A DNA stretch of 63,086 nt, counting the filler, from Dehalococcoidia bacterium (GTDB taxonomy: Bacteria > Chloroflexota > Dehalococcoidia > DSTF01 > JACRBR01): the NCBI GenBank assembly GCA_041494685.1. It is 3 parts of 3 records of this genome, joined end to end, with 100 filler letters (N's around TTAATTAATTAA, not from the genome) between each part and the next. Parts side by side here need not be neighbours in the genome. Positions count along the whole stretch, not along the records: positions 21,341 to 36,393 come from JBGQBE010000009.1; positions 36,494 to 63,086 come from JBGQBE010000046.1; 1 more part is not named here. One strand, given 5' to 3'. The position numbers and the translations under genes are program-made. The notes beneath the pieces were generated by a model. That model worked only from the letters and a program-made list of their open reading frames with translations, ran no database searches and was not told the DNA's origin. Shown here one piece after another: positions 29,788 through 40,109 of the stretch. Numbering within the stretch: position 1 is the first letter of the stretch; the number at the start of each line of letters is the position of its first letter.

Positions 29788-32469
29788 GTGGAAGAAGCGC
29801 TGACACCGATCCGGCGCCAGTACCTCGACGTGAAGCGTCGGTATCCGCACGCCATCGTCTTCTTCCGACTGGGCGACTTCTACGAGACGTTCGACGACGA
29901 CGCGGAGCTCTGTGCGCGCGAGCTGGATATCACGCTCACGTCGAAGCCGATGGGCAAGGGGCTGCGCGTGCCGCTGGCCGGCATCCCCTACCACGCGGTC
30001 GAGGCGTACGTCGCGAAGCTGATCGCGAAGGGCTACAAGGTCGCGCTCTGCGAGCAGATGGGCGACCCGGCGACGGCGAAGGGGCTCGTCGAGCGCCGCG
30101 TCACCCGCGTGGTCACGCCCGGCACGCTGATCGAGGGGGCGCTGCTCGACGAGCGAGCGAACAACTACCTGGCGTGCATCGCGCCGGGCCGCCGCGGCCG
30201 CGGCGACGACCCGTGGCGCGGCGACGCCGGCTTCGCCTACGTCGACATCAGCACCGGCGAGTTCGTTGCGGGCGCGCTCACGGGCGAGCAGGCCGCGGCG
30301 GAGCTGGCGCGCGTGCAGCCGGCCGAGGTGTTGCTGCCGGAGGGCGTCGAGCCTCCTCCGTGGCTGGCGCCCGCGCTGAATGTGACGCGCGTGGAGCCGC
30401 TGTGGTTCGACGCGGAGCTGGCGACGGTGACGGTGCAGGAGCACTTCCGCGTCGCCTCGCCCGAGGCGTTCGGCATCGACCGTGCGTCGCCGGCGGTGGC
30501 GGCGGCCGGCGCGGCGCTGCTCTACCTGCGCGAGAACCAGGCGGCGAGCGCGCCGCTCGTCACGTCGATCCGGGCGCATCACCCGGCGGAGCACGTCGGG
30601 CTGGACGCGCACACCATGCGCAACCTCGAGTTGTTCACGGCCGGCCGCGACCTGCGCCGCGACGGCTCGCTGCTGGAGACGCTGGACCTGACGCGCACGT
30701 CGATGGGCGCGCGGCTGCTGCGCCGCCGCCTCGGCCAGCCGCTGGTGGGGATCGCGGCGATCGACCGCCGGCTCGACGCGGTGGAGTTCTGCTGCGAGAG
30801 CGCGCTGCGCCGCGCGCGTCTGGCGGAGCTGCTGGGGGGCGTGCCGGACCTCGAACGACTGGTGGCGCGCGTCGTCGCCGGAGCGGCGCAGCCCCGCGAA
30901 CTGGTTGCGCTGCGCCGCGGGCTGGAGGCGGTGCCGATGCTGCGGGCTGCGACCGGGGAGACAGCAGACAACAGACAGCAGGCAACAGGCGATGGCCAAG
31001 CTGCTGACGCGTTTGATGCGCGCATCGCCGACGTTGCGGCGCGGCTGCGGCCGTGCGGCGACGTGGTGGCGGCGATCGCGCAGGCGATCGACGACGAGGC
31101 GGGCGCGACGCTCGATTCCGAGAAGGGGCGGGTCGTGCGGCCGGGTTTCAGCGAGGAACTGGATCACTTGCGGCTGATCACGCGCGACGTACGGCGCTTC
31201 CTCGCGGAGCTGGAGGCGGGCGAGCGCGAGCGCACCGGCATCAAGTCGCTGAAGATCGGCTACAACCGCGTCTTCGGCTACTACATCGAGGTCAGCAAGG
31301 CGAACGCGGCGCTGACACCGGAGCACTACGAGCGGCGCCAGTCGCTGGTAAACGCCGAGCGCTACGCGACGCCGCAGCTGCGCGAGTACGAGAGCCAGAT
31401 CCTGGGCGCGAAAGAGCGTGCGGAGGAGCTGGAGACGTCGATCTTCCGCGGCGTCTGCGGCCAGGTCGCTGCCGCTGCGGCGCAGATCCTCGCCACGGCG
31501 GCGGCGGTCGCCGAGCTCGACGTCGCGTGCGCGCTGGCGGAGGCCGCGTCGCGCTACGGCTACGTGCGGCCGTCGCTGCACACCGGCGACGGCATCGAGA
31601 TTCGCGACGGCCGCCACCCGATGGTCGAGCGCTCGATCTCGGCCGGCGCGTTCGTGCCGAACGACACGCACCTCTCGTCCGGCGACGCGCAGATCGTCAT
31701 CCTCACCGGCCCGAACATGGCCGGCAAGTCGACCTACCTGCGGCAGGTGGCGATCATCGTGCTGATGGCGCAGTGCGGCTCGTTCGTGCCGGCGTCATCG
31801 GCGTCGATCGGCGTGGTCGACCGCGTGTTCACGCGCGTCGGCGCCGGCGACGACCTGACCTCGGGCCAGTCCACCTTCATGGTCGAGATGATCGAGACCA
31901 GCGCGATCCTGCACAACGCCACGCAGCGCTCGCTGCTGATCCTCGACGAGATCGGCCGCGGCACGAGCACGTACGACGGCATGGCGATCGCGCGGTCGGT
32001 GGTGGAGTACCTGCACAACCGGCCCGGTCTCCAGGCGAAGACGCTGTTCGCGACGCACTACCACGAGCTGACGGACCTTGCGCAGCACCTGCCACGTGTG
32101 CGCAACTACAACGTCGCGGTGGCGGAGGAGCACGGGCGGATCATCTTCTTGCGGCGGATGGTGCCCGGCGGCGCGGACCGCAGCTACGGCGTGCACGTGG
32201 CAGAGCTGGCCGGCCTGCCGAAAGCCGTCGTGCAGCGCGCCCGGGAGGTGCTGCGCGACCTCGAAGCCGGCGCGGACGCGCGCGAAGGCGCGTCCGCCGG
32301 GCGTGACCCGTCTCCGCAGCTCTCGCTGTTTGCCGCGACGCCGCCGGACGACGGGCTGCGGCGCGACCTTGCGGGCATGGACGTGGAGGCGATGACGCCG
32401 CTCGAGGCGATGACGCGGCTGTTCGAGCTGCGGGACCGGGCCCGCGCCGGGGCGGGCGAGGAGGGTTGA
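29788..32469 (+). CDS. mutS: DNA mismatch repair protein MutS
   Basis: GDFYETF, TGPNMAGKST, STFMVEM, DEIGRGT, C-terminal QLSLF clamp motif; TACAAT at 29776 just before GTG suggests a leaderless transcript. Confidence 0.98.
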   Translation: MEEALTPIRRQYLDVKRRYPHAIVFFRLGDFYETFDDDAELCARELDITLTSKPMGKGLRVPLAGIPYHAVEAYVAKLIAKGYKVALCEQMGDPATAKGLVERRVTRVVTPGTLIEGALLDERANNYLACIAPGRRGRGDDPWRGDAGFAYVDISTGEFVAGALTGEQAAAELARVQPAEVLLPEGVEPPPWLAPALNVTRVEPLWFDAELATVTVQEHFRVASPEAFGIDRASPAVAAAGAALLYLRENQAASAPLVTSIRAHHPAEHVGLDAHTMRNLELFTAGRDLRRDGSLLETLDLTRTSMGARLLRRRLGQPLVGIAAIDRRLDAVEFCCESALRRARLAELLGGVPDLERLVARVVAGAAQPRELVALRRGLEAVPMLRAATGETADNRQQATGDGQAADAFDARIADVAARLRPCGDVVAAIAQAIDDEAGATLDSEKGRVVRPGFSEELDHLRLITRDVRRFLAELEAGERERTGIKSLKIGYNRVFGYYIEVSKANAALTPEHYERRQSLVNAERYATPQLREYESQILGAKERAEELETSIFRGVCGQVAAAAAQILATAAAVAELDVACALAEAASRYGYVRPSLHTGDGIEIRDGRHPMVERSISAGAFVPNDTHLSSGDAQIVILTGPNMAGKSTYLRQVAIIVLMAQCGSFVPASSASIGVVDRVFTRVGAGDDLTSGQSTFMVEMIETSAILHNATQRSLLILDEIGRGTSTYDGMAIARSVVEYLHNRPGLQAKTLFATHYHELTDLAQHLPRVRNYNVAVAEEHGRIIFLRRMVPGGADRSYGVHVAELAGLPKAVVQRAREVLRDLEAGADAREGASAGRDPSPQLSLFAATPPDDGLRRDLAGMDVEAMTPLEAMTRLFELRDRARAGAGEEG
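30959..30993 (+). repeat. Imperfect 7-bp tandem repeat inside mutS
   Basis: AGACAGC AGACAAC AGACAGC AGGCAAC AGGCGAT. Confidence 0.75.
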
Positions 32470-32873
32470 TGTCCGAAGCAGTGCTCAGCGAGCGGCAGCG
32501 GAAGTTCCTGGGGAAGCCGCGCATCGGGCGGCTGGCGACGATCCGCCGCGACGGCGCGCCGCACATCGCACCGGTCTGGTTCATGTTCGAGGACGGTGCG
32601 CTGCTGGTGCTGACGGACCGCGGCTCGCAGAAGCACAGGAACATCGAGCGCGACCCTCGCGTGGAGTTCTGCGTCGACGAGGAGCAACCGCCGTATCACA
32701 CGGTCATCGTGCGCGGCCGCGCTACGGTCGAGGAGCCGCGCGGCGCGGCGTGGCGCCTGGCGCTCGCCGTGCACTATCTCGGCGCGGATGGCGGCCGGCG
32801 CTACGTCGAGACCACGCCGGCCGGCGACGAGGTGCTGCTGCGTATTCAGCCGGAGCGCGTCAGCGGCTGGTGA
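32469..32873 (+). CDS. PPOX-class F420-dependent oxidoreductase
   Basis: GRLATIRRDGAPHIAPVWF...KHRNIERDPRV. Confidence 0.88.
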   Translation: MSEAVLSERQRKFLGKPRIGRLATIRRDGAPHIAPVWFMFEDGALLVLTDRGSQKHRNIERDPRVEFCVDEEQPPYHTVIVRGRATVEEPRGAAWRLALAVHYLGADGGRRYVETTPAGDEVLLRIQPERVSGW

Positions 32874-32882
32874 GGCCGGGCC

Positions 32883-33248
32883 TCAGTCGAGATTGGGGAG
32901 TCCGGGATAGGGGCGGGCGTACGGGTCAATCTTCTCGCCCGTAGCCTTCAACTCGATCTTGTTGCCCTCCGCCTGGATGCGCGGCAGCGACGTCGTCACG
33001 GAGAAGATCGTCGACCCGTGCGCGTCGCGGGCGATGATGGTCATCGGTTGCAGCCGGTCAAGCGCGGGGATGGGTGCGGACGCTGCGCCGTTGGCCGGCA
33101 CTTCAAACGCGGGGCGCTCGTTCAACTGCACGAACAGCGGCTGGTTCGTGGGGTTGACGAACGCGACGTTCGTGGACATCTCGCACGCCGTGGCGAGCGC
33201 CAGCGTCGCAAACGCGCAGATCAGGAATACCGCGACACGGATGGGCAA
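32883..33248 (-). CDS. Hypothetical lipoprotein
   Basis: Hydrophobic N-terminus ending LATAC. Confidence 0.6.
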   Translation of the reverse strand: MPIRVAVFLICAFATLALATACEMSTNVAFVNPTNQPLFVQLNERPAFEVPANGAASAPIPALDRLQPMTIIARDAHGSTIFSVTTSLPRIQAEGNKIELKATGEKIDPYARPYPGLPNLD

Positions 33249-33318
33249 GAGGGTCCTCCCGCGAGATCACTCTCTGAGAAGAGTCGTCCGCGGGTGCGGA
33301 ATCTGAAGCTTCAGGCGC

Positions 33319-34713
33319 TCAGTTCTTGGCCACTCCGGGGGCGCCCAGGCGATAGGCAGGTACGAGCGCCTGGTACATGTTGATGAGGCCGCTGCCGGAC
33401 CAGTTCGGCCGGTCGCCCCCCGGCAACGGCTCGGCCGTCGTCTTGAGGATGCTCATGACCTGGTCGGGCTTCATCGACGGGCGATGCGACAGCATCAGCG
33501 CCACCAGACCCGAGACCTGCGGCGCCGCGAACGACGTGCCGTCGCCCACGGCGTACGGGCCGCCGTTGATGCACGGCAGGAAGCGCAGGCAACTCGACCT
33601 GGGCACCGTCCCGACGATGCCCTGTCCGACCGCCACGACATCGACCTCCGGCCCCGTCGTAGAGAAGATGGCGCGCTTGTTGGGGTCGGCGGAAGAGGCC
33701 GCGCCGACGGCGATCACCTGCGGGTACGCCGCCGGGTAGGCGACGCCGCTGGTGCCGGTGTTGCCAGCGGCGGCGACGATCACCACGCCATACTGGTCGT
33801 GCGCGGCACGGATGGCTTCGCGGATGACCGCGGAGTCCAGCGGCCCGCCCAGGCTGATGTTCTCGACCCGCGCGCCCGCCTGCGCGGCGTACAGGATGCC
33901 CTGCGTCAGGGCGAGCGAGTCGCCCTCGCCGCTGCAGTCGAGCACCTTCACCGGCATAATCGTGACGTTCCGGGCGATGCCGACCATGCCCACGCTGTTC
34001 CCGTCAGCGGCGATGATGCCGGAGACGAACGTGCCGTGCCCGAGGTCGTCGGTGACATTGCCGTTCACACTGGCGCTGCAGCCGGGCGAGGGCTCGCTGA
34101 CGAACCCGCAGCCGTTGACGTCGTCGATGCAGCCGTTGCCGTCGTCGTCGATGCCGTTGTTCGGGATCTCGCGCGTGTTGCGCCAGATACGGCCCTGCAG
34201 GTCCGGGTGGTTGAGGTCGATGCCGGTGTCGAGCACCGCGACGATGATCGAGGGCTTGCCCTTTTCGATGTTCCAGGCTTCCGGCGCGTGCTCGGCCTGC
34301 AGGTACGTGGCCTGACGCGAGTAGAGCGGATCCGCCGGCACGTCGGCCGTCAGCAGGCGGTACGCGGGCTCGGCGTAGAGCACGGCAGGCTTCGAGCGGA
34401 AGGCAGTGATCGCCTCGGCGGCGCTGATGCCGGAGGGCGGTGTGACGCGGAGCACCGGCAGGCCGCTGATCCTGCCGGTCACCTCATATCCCAGCGACCT
34501 GGCGTACTGCGCGACGGTGGCCACGTCGCGCTCGCTCCGCGCCCGCACCGCGATGCTGTAGCCCGCGTGCGACGCCGCCTCCGCGTGCGGCGATCCGCCC
34601 GCTGCGCCGCGGGGTGTGGCGGTGCTCGTGGCGATGAGAATTCCGGCGATGCCGGCGGCCCCGAGCGCGACGAATCGCGCCCGTCGCGTCCACCTGAGAT
34701 CCACACGAGCCAT
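33319..34713 (-). CDS. Secreted S8 subtilisin-like serine peptidase
   Basis: VLDTG, HGT, AAGN, GTSFAAP; signal peptide after MARVDLRW. Confidence 0.93.
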   Translation of the reverse strand: MARVDLRWTRRARFVALGAAGIAGILIATSTATPRGAAGGSPHAEAASHAGYSIAVRARSERDVATVAQYARSLGYEVTGRISGLPVLRVTPPSGISAAEAITAFRSKPAVLYAEPAYRLLTADVPADPLYSRQATYLQAEHAPEAWNIEKGKPSIIVAVLDTGIDLNHPDLQGRIWRNTREIPNNGIDDDGNGCIDDVNGCGFVSEPSPGCSASVNGNVTDDLGHGTFVSGIIAADGNSVGMVGIARNVTIMPVKVLDCSGEGDSLALTQGILYAAQAGARVENISLGGPLDSAVIREAIRAAHDQYGVVIVAAAGNTGTSGVAYPAAYPQVIAVGAASSADPNKRAIFSTTGPEVDVVAVGQGIVGTVPRSSCLRFLPCINGGPYAVGDGTSFAAPQVSGLVALMLSHRPSMKPDQVMSILKTTAEPLPGGDRPNWSGSGLINMYQALVPAYRLGAPGVAKN

Positions 34714-34855
34714 GGGGCCTCCCGCCGCCGCGTATGAGTGCAGTCCGAGCGAGCATACCACAGGTGGCTCGTCGCCATGTTGGAGGCGGGACACGATCTT
34801 CGCGTCGGCGGCAAGCGTCTCGCCGGATGCTACAATCGCGGCTGGAGGTCGGCAG

Positions 34856-36393
34856 GTGGCGATCCGCATCCTGGCACCGCACGAGGCGGCGAAGATCGCG
34901 GCGGGCGAGGTCATCGAACGCCCGGCCTCTATCGTCAAAGAGCTGATCGAGAACTCGCTGGACGCTGGCGCCACGCAGATCTCCGTCGAGATCCGCGAGG
35001 GCGGGCTCGCGCTGATCCGCGTCGCCGACAACGGCTGCGGCATCGACCCCGGCGAGTTGCGCCTTGCGTTCGAGCGCCACGCCACGAGCAAGGTGGCCAC
35101 CGAGGACGACCTCTGGCGCATCGCCACGCTGGGCTTTCGCGGCGAGGCGCTGCCGAGCATCGCCGCCGCCGGCGACGTGGAACTCCTGACGCGCGTTTCA
35201 GGCAACGATGTCGGCGCGCGCATCCGCCTGCGGGAGGGAGAGGTGGTAGAGGAGGGCTCGGGCGCGACCGCGCCGGGCACGACCTTCACGGTGCGGCGGC
35301 TCTTCGGGACGCAGCCGGCGCGGCTCAAGTTCCTGCGCGCGCCCGGAAGCGAGGCGACGCAGGCGGCGAGCGTCATCGCCCACTACGCGATGGCCTATCC
35401 GGAGGTGCGCTTCGAACTGAACGTCGACGGCAAGACGACGCTCCAGACGCCGGGCAGCGGCAGCCTGATCGACGCCGTGGCCGCCGTCTACGGCGCCGCG
35501 GTCGCCGGCGCGGCGATAGAAGTAGACCTCCCTCCCGCGAACGAGGGAGAAACAGGTGTGCGCGGCGTCGTCGTGGAGCCGCGGCTGCACCGGTCGTCCC
35601 GCAACTACATCGGCCTCTACGTGAACCGGCGATGGGTGCGCAACCGCGCGCTCACGTTCGCGGTCGAGGAGGCGTACCAGGGCATGCTGCCCGTTGGCCG
35701 CCGCCCGATCGCCGTCCTCGACCTGATCGTGCCGCCGGACGAGGTCGACGTGAACGTGCATCCGACGAAGGCGGAGGTGCGGCTGCGCCGCGAGCGGGAG
35801 GTGTTCGGCGTGTTGCAGCGCGCCGTGCGCCGCGCGCTGAGCGAGCATGGCACGGTGCCGCGCGCGTCGGGATCGCTGTGGGGAGGCGGTGCGAGCGCCG
35901 CGGCGCAGGCGCGGCCGCCGCTGACGCTGCAGCCGTCGCCGGCGTCGCCGCCGACGCGCGCGCCGCTGGAGCAGCACCTGCGCGGCGATATCGACCCTCC
36001 CGCGGCGCAGGCGCCGATGATCGATCGCCTGCCGCTGCTGCGGGCGGTCGGGCAGGTCGGCAACATGTACGTCGTCGCCGAGGGGCCCGAGGGGATGTAC
36101 CTGATCGACCAGCACGCCGCCCACGAGCGCGTGATGTACGAGCGATTCCTCGCGGCGTCCGGCGCGGCGCAGGCCGACGTGCAGCCGCTGCTCGAACCGC
36201 TGACGGTCGAGCTCAGCGCGGGGCATCGTGCGCTGCTGGCCGAGCATGCGGGGGCGTTCGAGCGCCTGGGCTTCGCGATCGAGCACTTCGGCGACAATGC
36301 GTACGTTGTGCGCGCCGTGCCCGCGGCGCTGGGGCAGGGCGGCGACGTGGCGCGCGAGATCGCCGAGCTGCTGGACCGCATGGCGGGCGACGC
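34856..36393 (+). CDS. mutL: DNA mismatch repair endonuclease MutL (3' truncated by gap)
   Basis: IAAGEVIERPASIVKELIEN, GFRGEAL, VNVHPTK, DQHAAHER. Confidence 0.97.
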
Positions 36394-36493
36394 NNNNNNN
36401 NNNNNNNNNNNNNNNNNNNNNNNNNNNNNNNNNNNNNTTAATTAATTAANNNNNNNNNNNNNNNNNNNNNNNNNNNNNNNNNNNNNNNNNNNN
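36394..36493. other. Artificial contig linker
   Basis: N run, TTAATTAATTAA, N run. Confidence 0.98.
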
Positions 36494-36494
36494 C

Positions 36495-36695
36495 GCCCAC
36501 CTGACGCGGGTCCTCGGGCAGCTCCTCGCGGATCTGCCGGCGGGCGGGCCGGCGCCGGACGATCTCACGGAGCTTCGGCGGGTGCTCTACGGGCTCTACG
36601 CGATCCTGCGGCTGCACTTCGCGCAGGAGGAGGAAGCGTACATGTCGCTGTTCGAGGCAGCGGGCGCGGAGCAGAGCGTAGCCGCGCCGGCGTGA
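36495..36695 (+). CDS. C-terminal hemerythrin-like domain (5' truncated), possibly the tail of a P1B-5 heavy-metal ATPase
   Basis: LRRVLYGLYAILRLHFAQEEEAY, closely similar to the end of 10616-11128. Confidence 0.7.
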   Translation, partial: AHLTRVLGQLLADLPAGGPAPDDLTELRRVLYGLYAILRLHFAQEEEAYMSLFEAAGAEQSVAAPA

Positions 36696-36705
36696 GACTT
36701 GCGGA

Positions 36706-36875
36706 GCCGACCGGCTCGGCAATGGACTGATCTCCGACCGCACCTACGACAACGCCGACCGGCTGCTGACGCTGGTGAACCGGGACGGCGGGACCGCCGT
36801 CTCGTCCTACACGTACACCCTCGATGCGGTGAGGAACGGACTCAACGGGTCGATAGAGCTACACGTACAATGCAA
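36706..36875 (+). pseudogene. RHS/YD-repeat remnant
   Basis: NGLISDRTYDNADRLLTLVN...SSYTYTLDAV; no start codon, frame breaks. Confidence 0.65.
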
Positions 36876-36924
36876 TCTCAGTGCGCGCCCGGCGGCGGGC
36901 CGTGTCGCCCCGCAACACGTGGAC

Positions 36925-37908
36925 TCAGCCTGGCGAAAAGGGGCCCGCTAGCTGCTCGAAATACGTCTGGACGACGGCGGGATCTCCCGTCCCCGGGAGG
37001 GCCGCGACGAGCAGCGTGCGCGCCTTCAAGCCATCCAGGTCTTCGCCCGACACGACGCCGAGCGAGCGGGCTTCTTCGTTGATCCAAACGCGCCCGCCGC
37101 GCGTGCGCGTGGTGAACACGATGACGACGCCCTTGGCGCGGGCGTGCCGGACTGCGTCCATCACTGGCGGCGGAACGTTGCCGCTGCCGAAGACTTCCAG
37201 CACGATGCCTCGTGCGCCCGACTCGACCGCTGCGGTCACGAGGCGTCCATCGCTGCCGGTGACCAGCGTCAGGAGGTCGACGCGCGGCTCCACCGACTCA
37301 AGCTTGAAGGTGAGTCGCCGCGGGCGCTCCCGTGTAAAGCGCACGCTTGAACCTGCAACGTCGCCGATTGGACCCGCCTCGGGCGACTTGAACGCGTCAA
37401 GCGCGATCGCGTGCATCTTACGCACCTCGCCCGCGGCATGGATCTCGCCGTTGAGCGTGACGAGAACGCCCATCTCGCGCGCCGCTGGCGAGCAGGCGAT
37501 GCGCACGGCATCGAGCAGGTTCCGAGGGCCGTCCGAATCACGCACGCGCGGTGGCCGTTGTGATGCCGTGAACACGACCGGACGAGGATCTGCGACAAGC
37601 AGATCGAGGAAGAACGCCGTCTCTTCAAGCGAGTCCGTGCCGTGCGTGATTACGATGCCGGCAGGCGGAACGTCGGTCGCGAACACCTCGTTGACCCGGC
37701 GCGCGAGGCGGAGTTGGATCTCGGGTGTCATCCGCGAGCTGCCGATGTTGGTGAAGTCCTCGACCGTGAGCGTGGCGACCGTCGTAAGCGCGGGCACTGC
37801 GTGAGCGAGGTCTTCGCCTTCGAGGAGTCCAGACGGACCCACGGCGATCGTGCCGCCTGTAGCGATCAACAGCACGTGAGGAAGCTCGGCGGTGGCGATG
37901 CGGTTCAT
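36925..37908 (-). CDS. L-asparaginase family protein
   Basis: ATGGTIA, THGTDSLEE, SQRP, GSGNVP. Confidence 0.93.
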   Translation of the reverse strand: MNRIATAELPHVLLIATGGTIAVGPSGLLEGEDLAHAVPALTTVATLTVEDFTNIGSSRMTPEIQLRLARRVNEVFATDVPPAGIVITHGTDSLEETAFFLDLLVADPRPVVFTASQRPPRVRDSDGPRNLLDAVRIACSPAAREMGVLVTLNGEIHAAGEVRKMHAIALDAFKSPEAGPIGDVAGSSVRFTRERPRRLTFKLESVEPRVDLLTLVTGSDGRLVTAAVESGARGIVLEVFGSGNVPPPVMDAVRHARAKGVVIVFTTRTRGGRVWINEEARSLGVVSGEDLDGLKARTLLVAALPGTGDPAVVQTYFEQLAGPFSPG

Positions 37909-38080
37909 GCGGTGACTATCCCGATGTGACGAGGTATGGAACGGCCTGGTGACGGTCGGCGTTGCCCGTGGACGAAGATGATCAGCGCCCTCTGCCAACC
38001 GCTCACGTACAAATCACTTCTGGCTTGACTTCGTTCGACGATACGGCAACATGGTGCGACCCGCAACCGAGAGGAGCACC

Positions 38081-38185
38081 ATGCAATCCACCATCACCAC
38101 CTTCGACGACTCTGCCGAGCGCTGGGAGAGCAGCCTCCACGCACTCCCTGTCGAGAAGGCGCGCCGCTCCGGTGGCCGACGGTGA
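38081..38185 (+). pseudogene. N-terminal remnant of the same integrase family as 15554-16480
   Basis: MQSTITTFDDSAERWESSLHALPVEKARRSGGRR* versus MQTIATFDNTAEGWERSLYAFLAEKERRSGSRR; RBS GAGGAG. Confidence 0.85.
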
Positions 38186-38638
38186 TCCGACGCACTTGGC
38201 GGTGTACAGCGTCCCCGCGTATGTTCGTAAGACGTATGGTCCAGGCCGGTGCGGAATCGGAGGTTCCTGCGATGACGCGCACCATCTATACAGTACCCAA
38301 CATTGTCTCCCGCTGTGCCCTGCGCCTCCGTGCGTACCCCGTCCGTCGCTCCCGTGGGAGAGGGGACAGGGTGAGCCCCAGGAAAAGTCGAAATTACAAA
38401 ACAGGTACACCGCCAGATTCGAATTGCGCGACATAACTAAAATAGAGGTACCAAAATGTTCCTCGCCGGGGAGGACCGACGCTCCGGCAGCCGCCGCACC
38501 GCGCGGGAAGGCCGTCAAGTGCCGTTCAGCTTCGAAGCTGCGGGTGGACTTAACGTCGCGAGTTTAGGTAATCTAGCGTTTACTCAATCAACGCGATCCC
38601 GCTGCCTGTACGGGTGAACCGGCAAAGGAAGGGTGCAC

Positions 38639-39862
38639 ATGGCTGAGCCAGTGAAAGACTGGACGACCGACTACGACATTTTTTCACGGGAGTACATCAA
38701 GAATCCGTTCCCGATCTGGGACGAGCTGCGGGAGGGGTGCCCGGTAGCCCATACCGAACGCTGGGGCGGATCGTGGATGCCCACCCGCTACGAAGACCTC
38801 TTCAACATCGCGCGCGACATCGAGCACTTCTCTTCGCGCGACGTGCTGGTCGCCGCCACCCAGCCGCCGCCGGAGGACGCCCCGGAAGACCAGGAAGAGT
38901 TCGCCCAGTACAACGTCGGCGCGCCGCCGATCACGTCGGACCCGCCGGTGCACACCTGGGCGCGGAAGCTGCTGCTGCCGCCGTTCTCGGCCACCGCGGT
39001 CGCGAAGTGGGAGCAGGAGACGCGCGAGCTGTGCGCGGAGTTGGTGGATGGCTTCGTCAAGAGCGGGCGCGCGGACGGCGCGGCCGACTACGCGCAGCAG
39101 ATCCCGCCGCGCGTGATCGCGAGCATGCTCGGCATCCCGAAGGAGATGGCCGGCACGTTCACGGAGTGGGTGCGCGGCTTCCTTGAGCTGGGCCTGACGG
39201 ACCCGGAGCTGCGCAACCAGTCGGCGCTGAGCATCTTCACGTACCTGAACGAGGCCATCCAGGAGCACAAGGCGAACCCCGGCAAGGACGACCTGATCAG
39301 CTACCTGCTCTCCGCGTCCGTCGATGGCGAGCCGGTGCCGGAGCCCCACGTGCTGGGCACGTGCTTCCTGATCCTCGTCGCCGGCATCGACACGACGTGG
39401 AGCTCGATCGGCTCGGCGATCTGGCACCTGGCGCAGCACCCGGAGGACCGTGCGCGCCTGATCGCGGAGCCGGACCTGATGCCGAACGCGATCGAGGAGC
39501 TGCTGCGGGCGTACTCGCCCGTGACGATGGCGCGCTACGTCGCGTCGGACGTGGAGTACGCCGGCTGCCCGATGTCTGAGGGCGACCGCGTGCTGATGAA
39601 CTTCCCGGCCGCCAACCGCGACCCGTCGGTGTTCGAGCACCCGGACCAGGTGATCCTGGACCGGGAGAAGAACCCGCACATCGCGTTCGGCGTCGGCATC
39701 CACCGCTGCGCGGGGTCGAACCTGGCGCGGATGGAGATGCGGGTGTCGATCGAAGAGTGGTTGAAGCGGATCCCGGACTTCCGCCTGGCGGATCCGGAGA
39801 ACGTGACGTGGGCGGGCGGCCAGGTGCGCGGTCCGCGGAAGATGCCGGTGGTGTGGCCATGA
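38639..39862 (+). CDS. Cytochrome P450
   Basis: AGIDTT, EELLR and FGVGIHRCAG heme motif. Confidence 0.97.
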   Translation: MAEPVKDWTTDYDIFSREYIKNPFPIWDELREGCPVAHTERWGGSWMPTRYEDLFNIARDIEHFSSRDVLVAATQPPPEDAPEDQEEFAQYNVGAPPITSDPPVHTWARKLLLPPFSATAVAKWEQETRELCAELVDGFVKSGRADGAADYAQQIPPRVIASMLGIPKEMAGTFTEWVRGFLELGLTDPELRNQSALSIFTYLNEAIQEHKANPGKDDLISYLLSASVDGEPVPEPHVLGTCFLILVAGIDTTWSSIGSAIWHLAQHPEDRARLIAEPDLMPNAIEELLRAYSPVTMARYVASDVEYAGCPMSEGDRVLMNFPAANRDPSVFEHPDQVILDREKNPHIAFGVGIHRCAGSNLARMEMRVSIEEWLKRIPDFRLADPENVTWAGGQVRGPRKMPVVWP

Positions 39863-40056
39863 AGGTCAAAGTAGACAGCGAGAAGTGCCAGGGGCACAAC
39901 CGGTGCTACGTGCTGGCGCCCGGCCTGTTCAAGGTCGACGAGTTCGGCTACGCGACGCCGCGCGGCGACGGCACCGTCCCGCCGGAGCTGCAGGAGAAGG
40001 CGCGGCTCGCCGTGACCAACTGCCCCGAGCGCGCGATCGAGATCATCGAAGAGTAG
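39859..40056 (+). CDS. P450-associated ferredoxin (3Fe-4S type)
   Basis: CQGHNRC...CPERAI; ATGA overlap with the P450 stop. Confidence 0.93.
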   Translation: MKVKVDSEKCQGHNRCYVLAPGLFKVDEFGYATPRGDGTVPPELQEKARLAVTNCPERAIEIIEE

Positions 40057-40109
40057 ACTCGCCGCGAACGGCATCACATGACGCGCACGCTATGAGACAT
40101 CGTGTGCGC

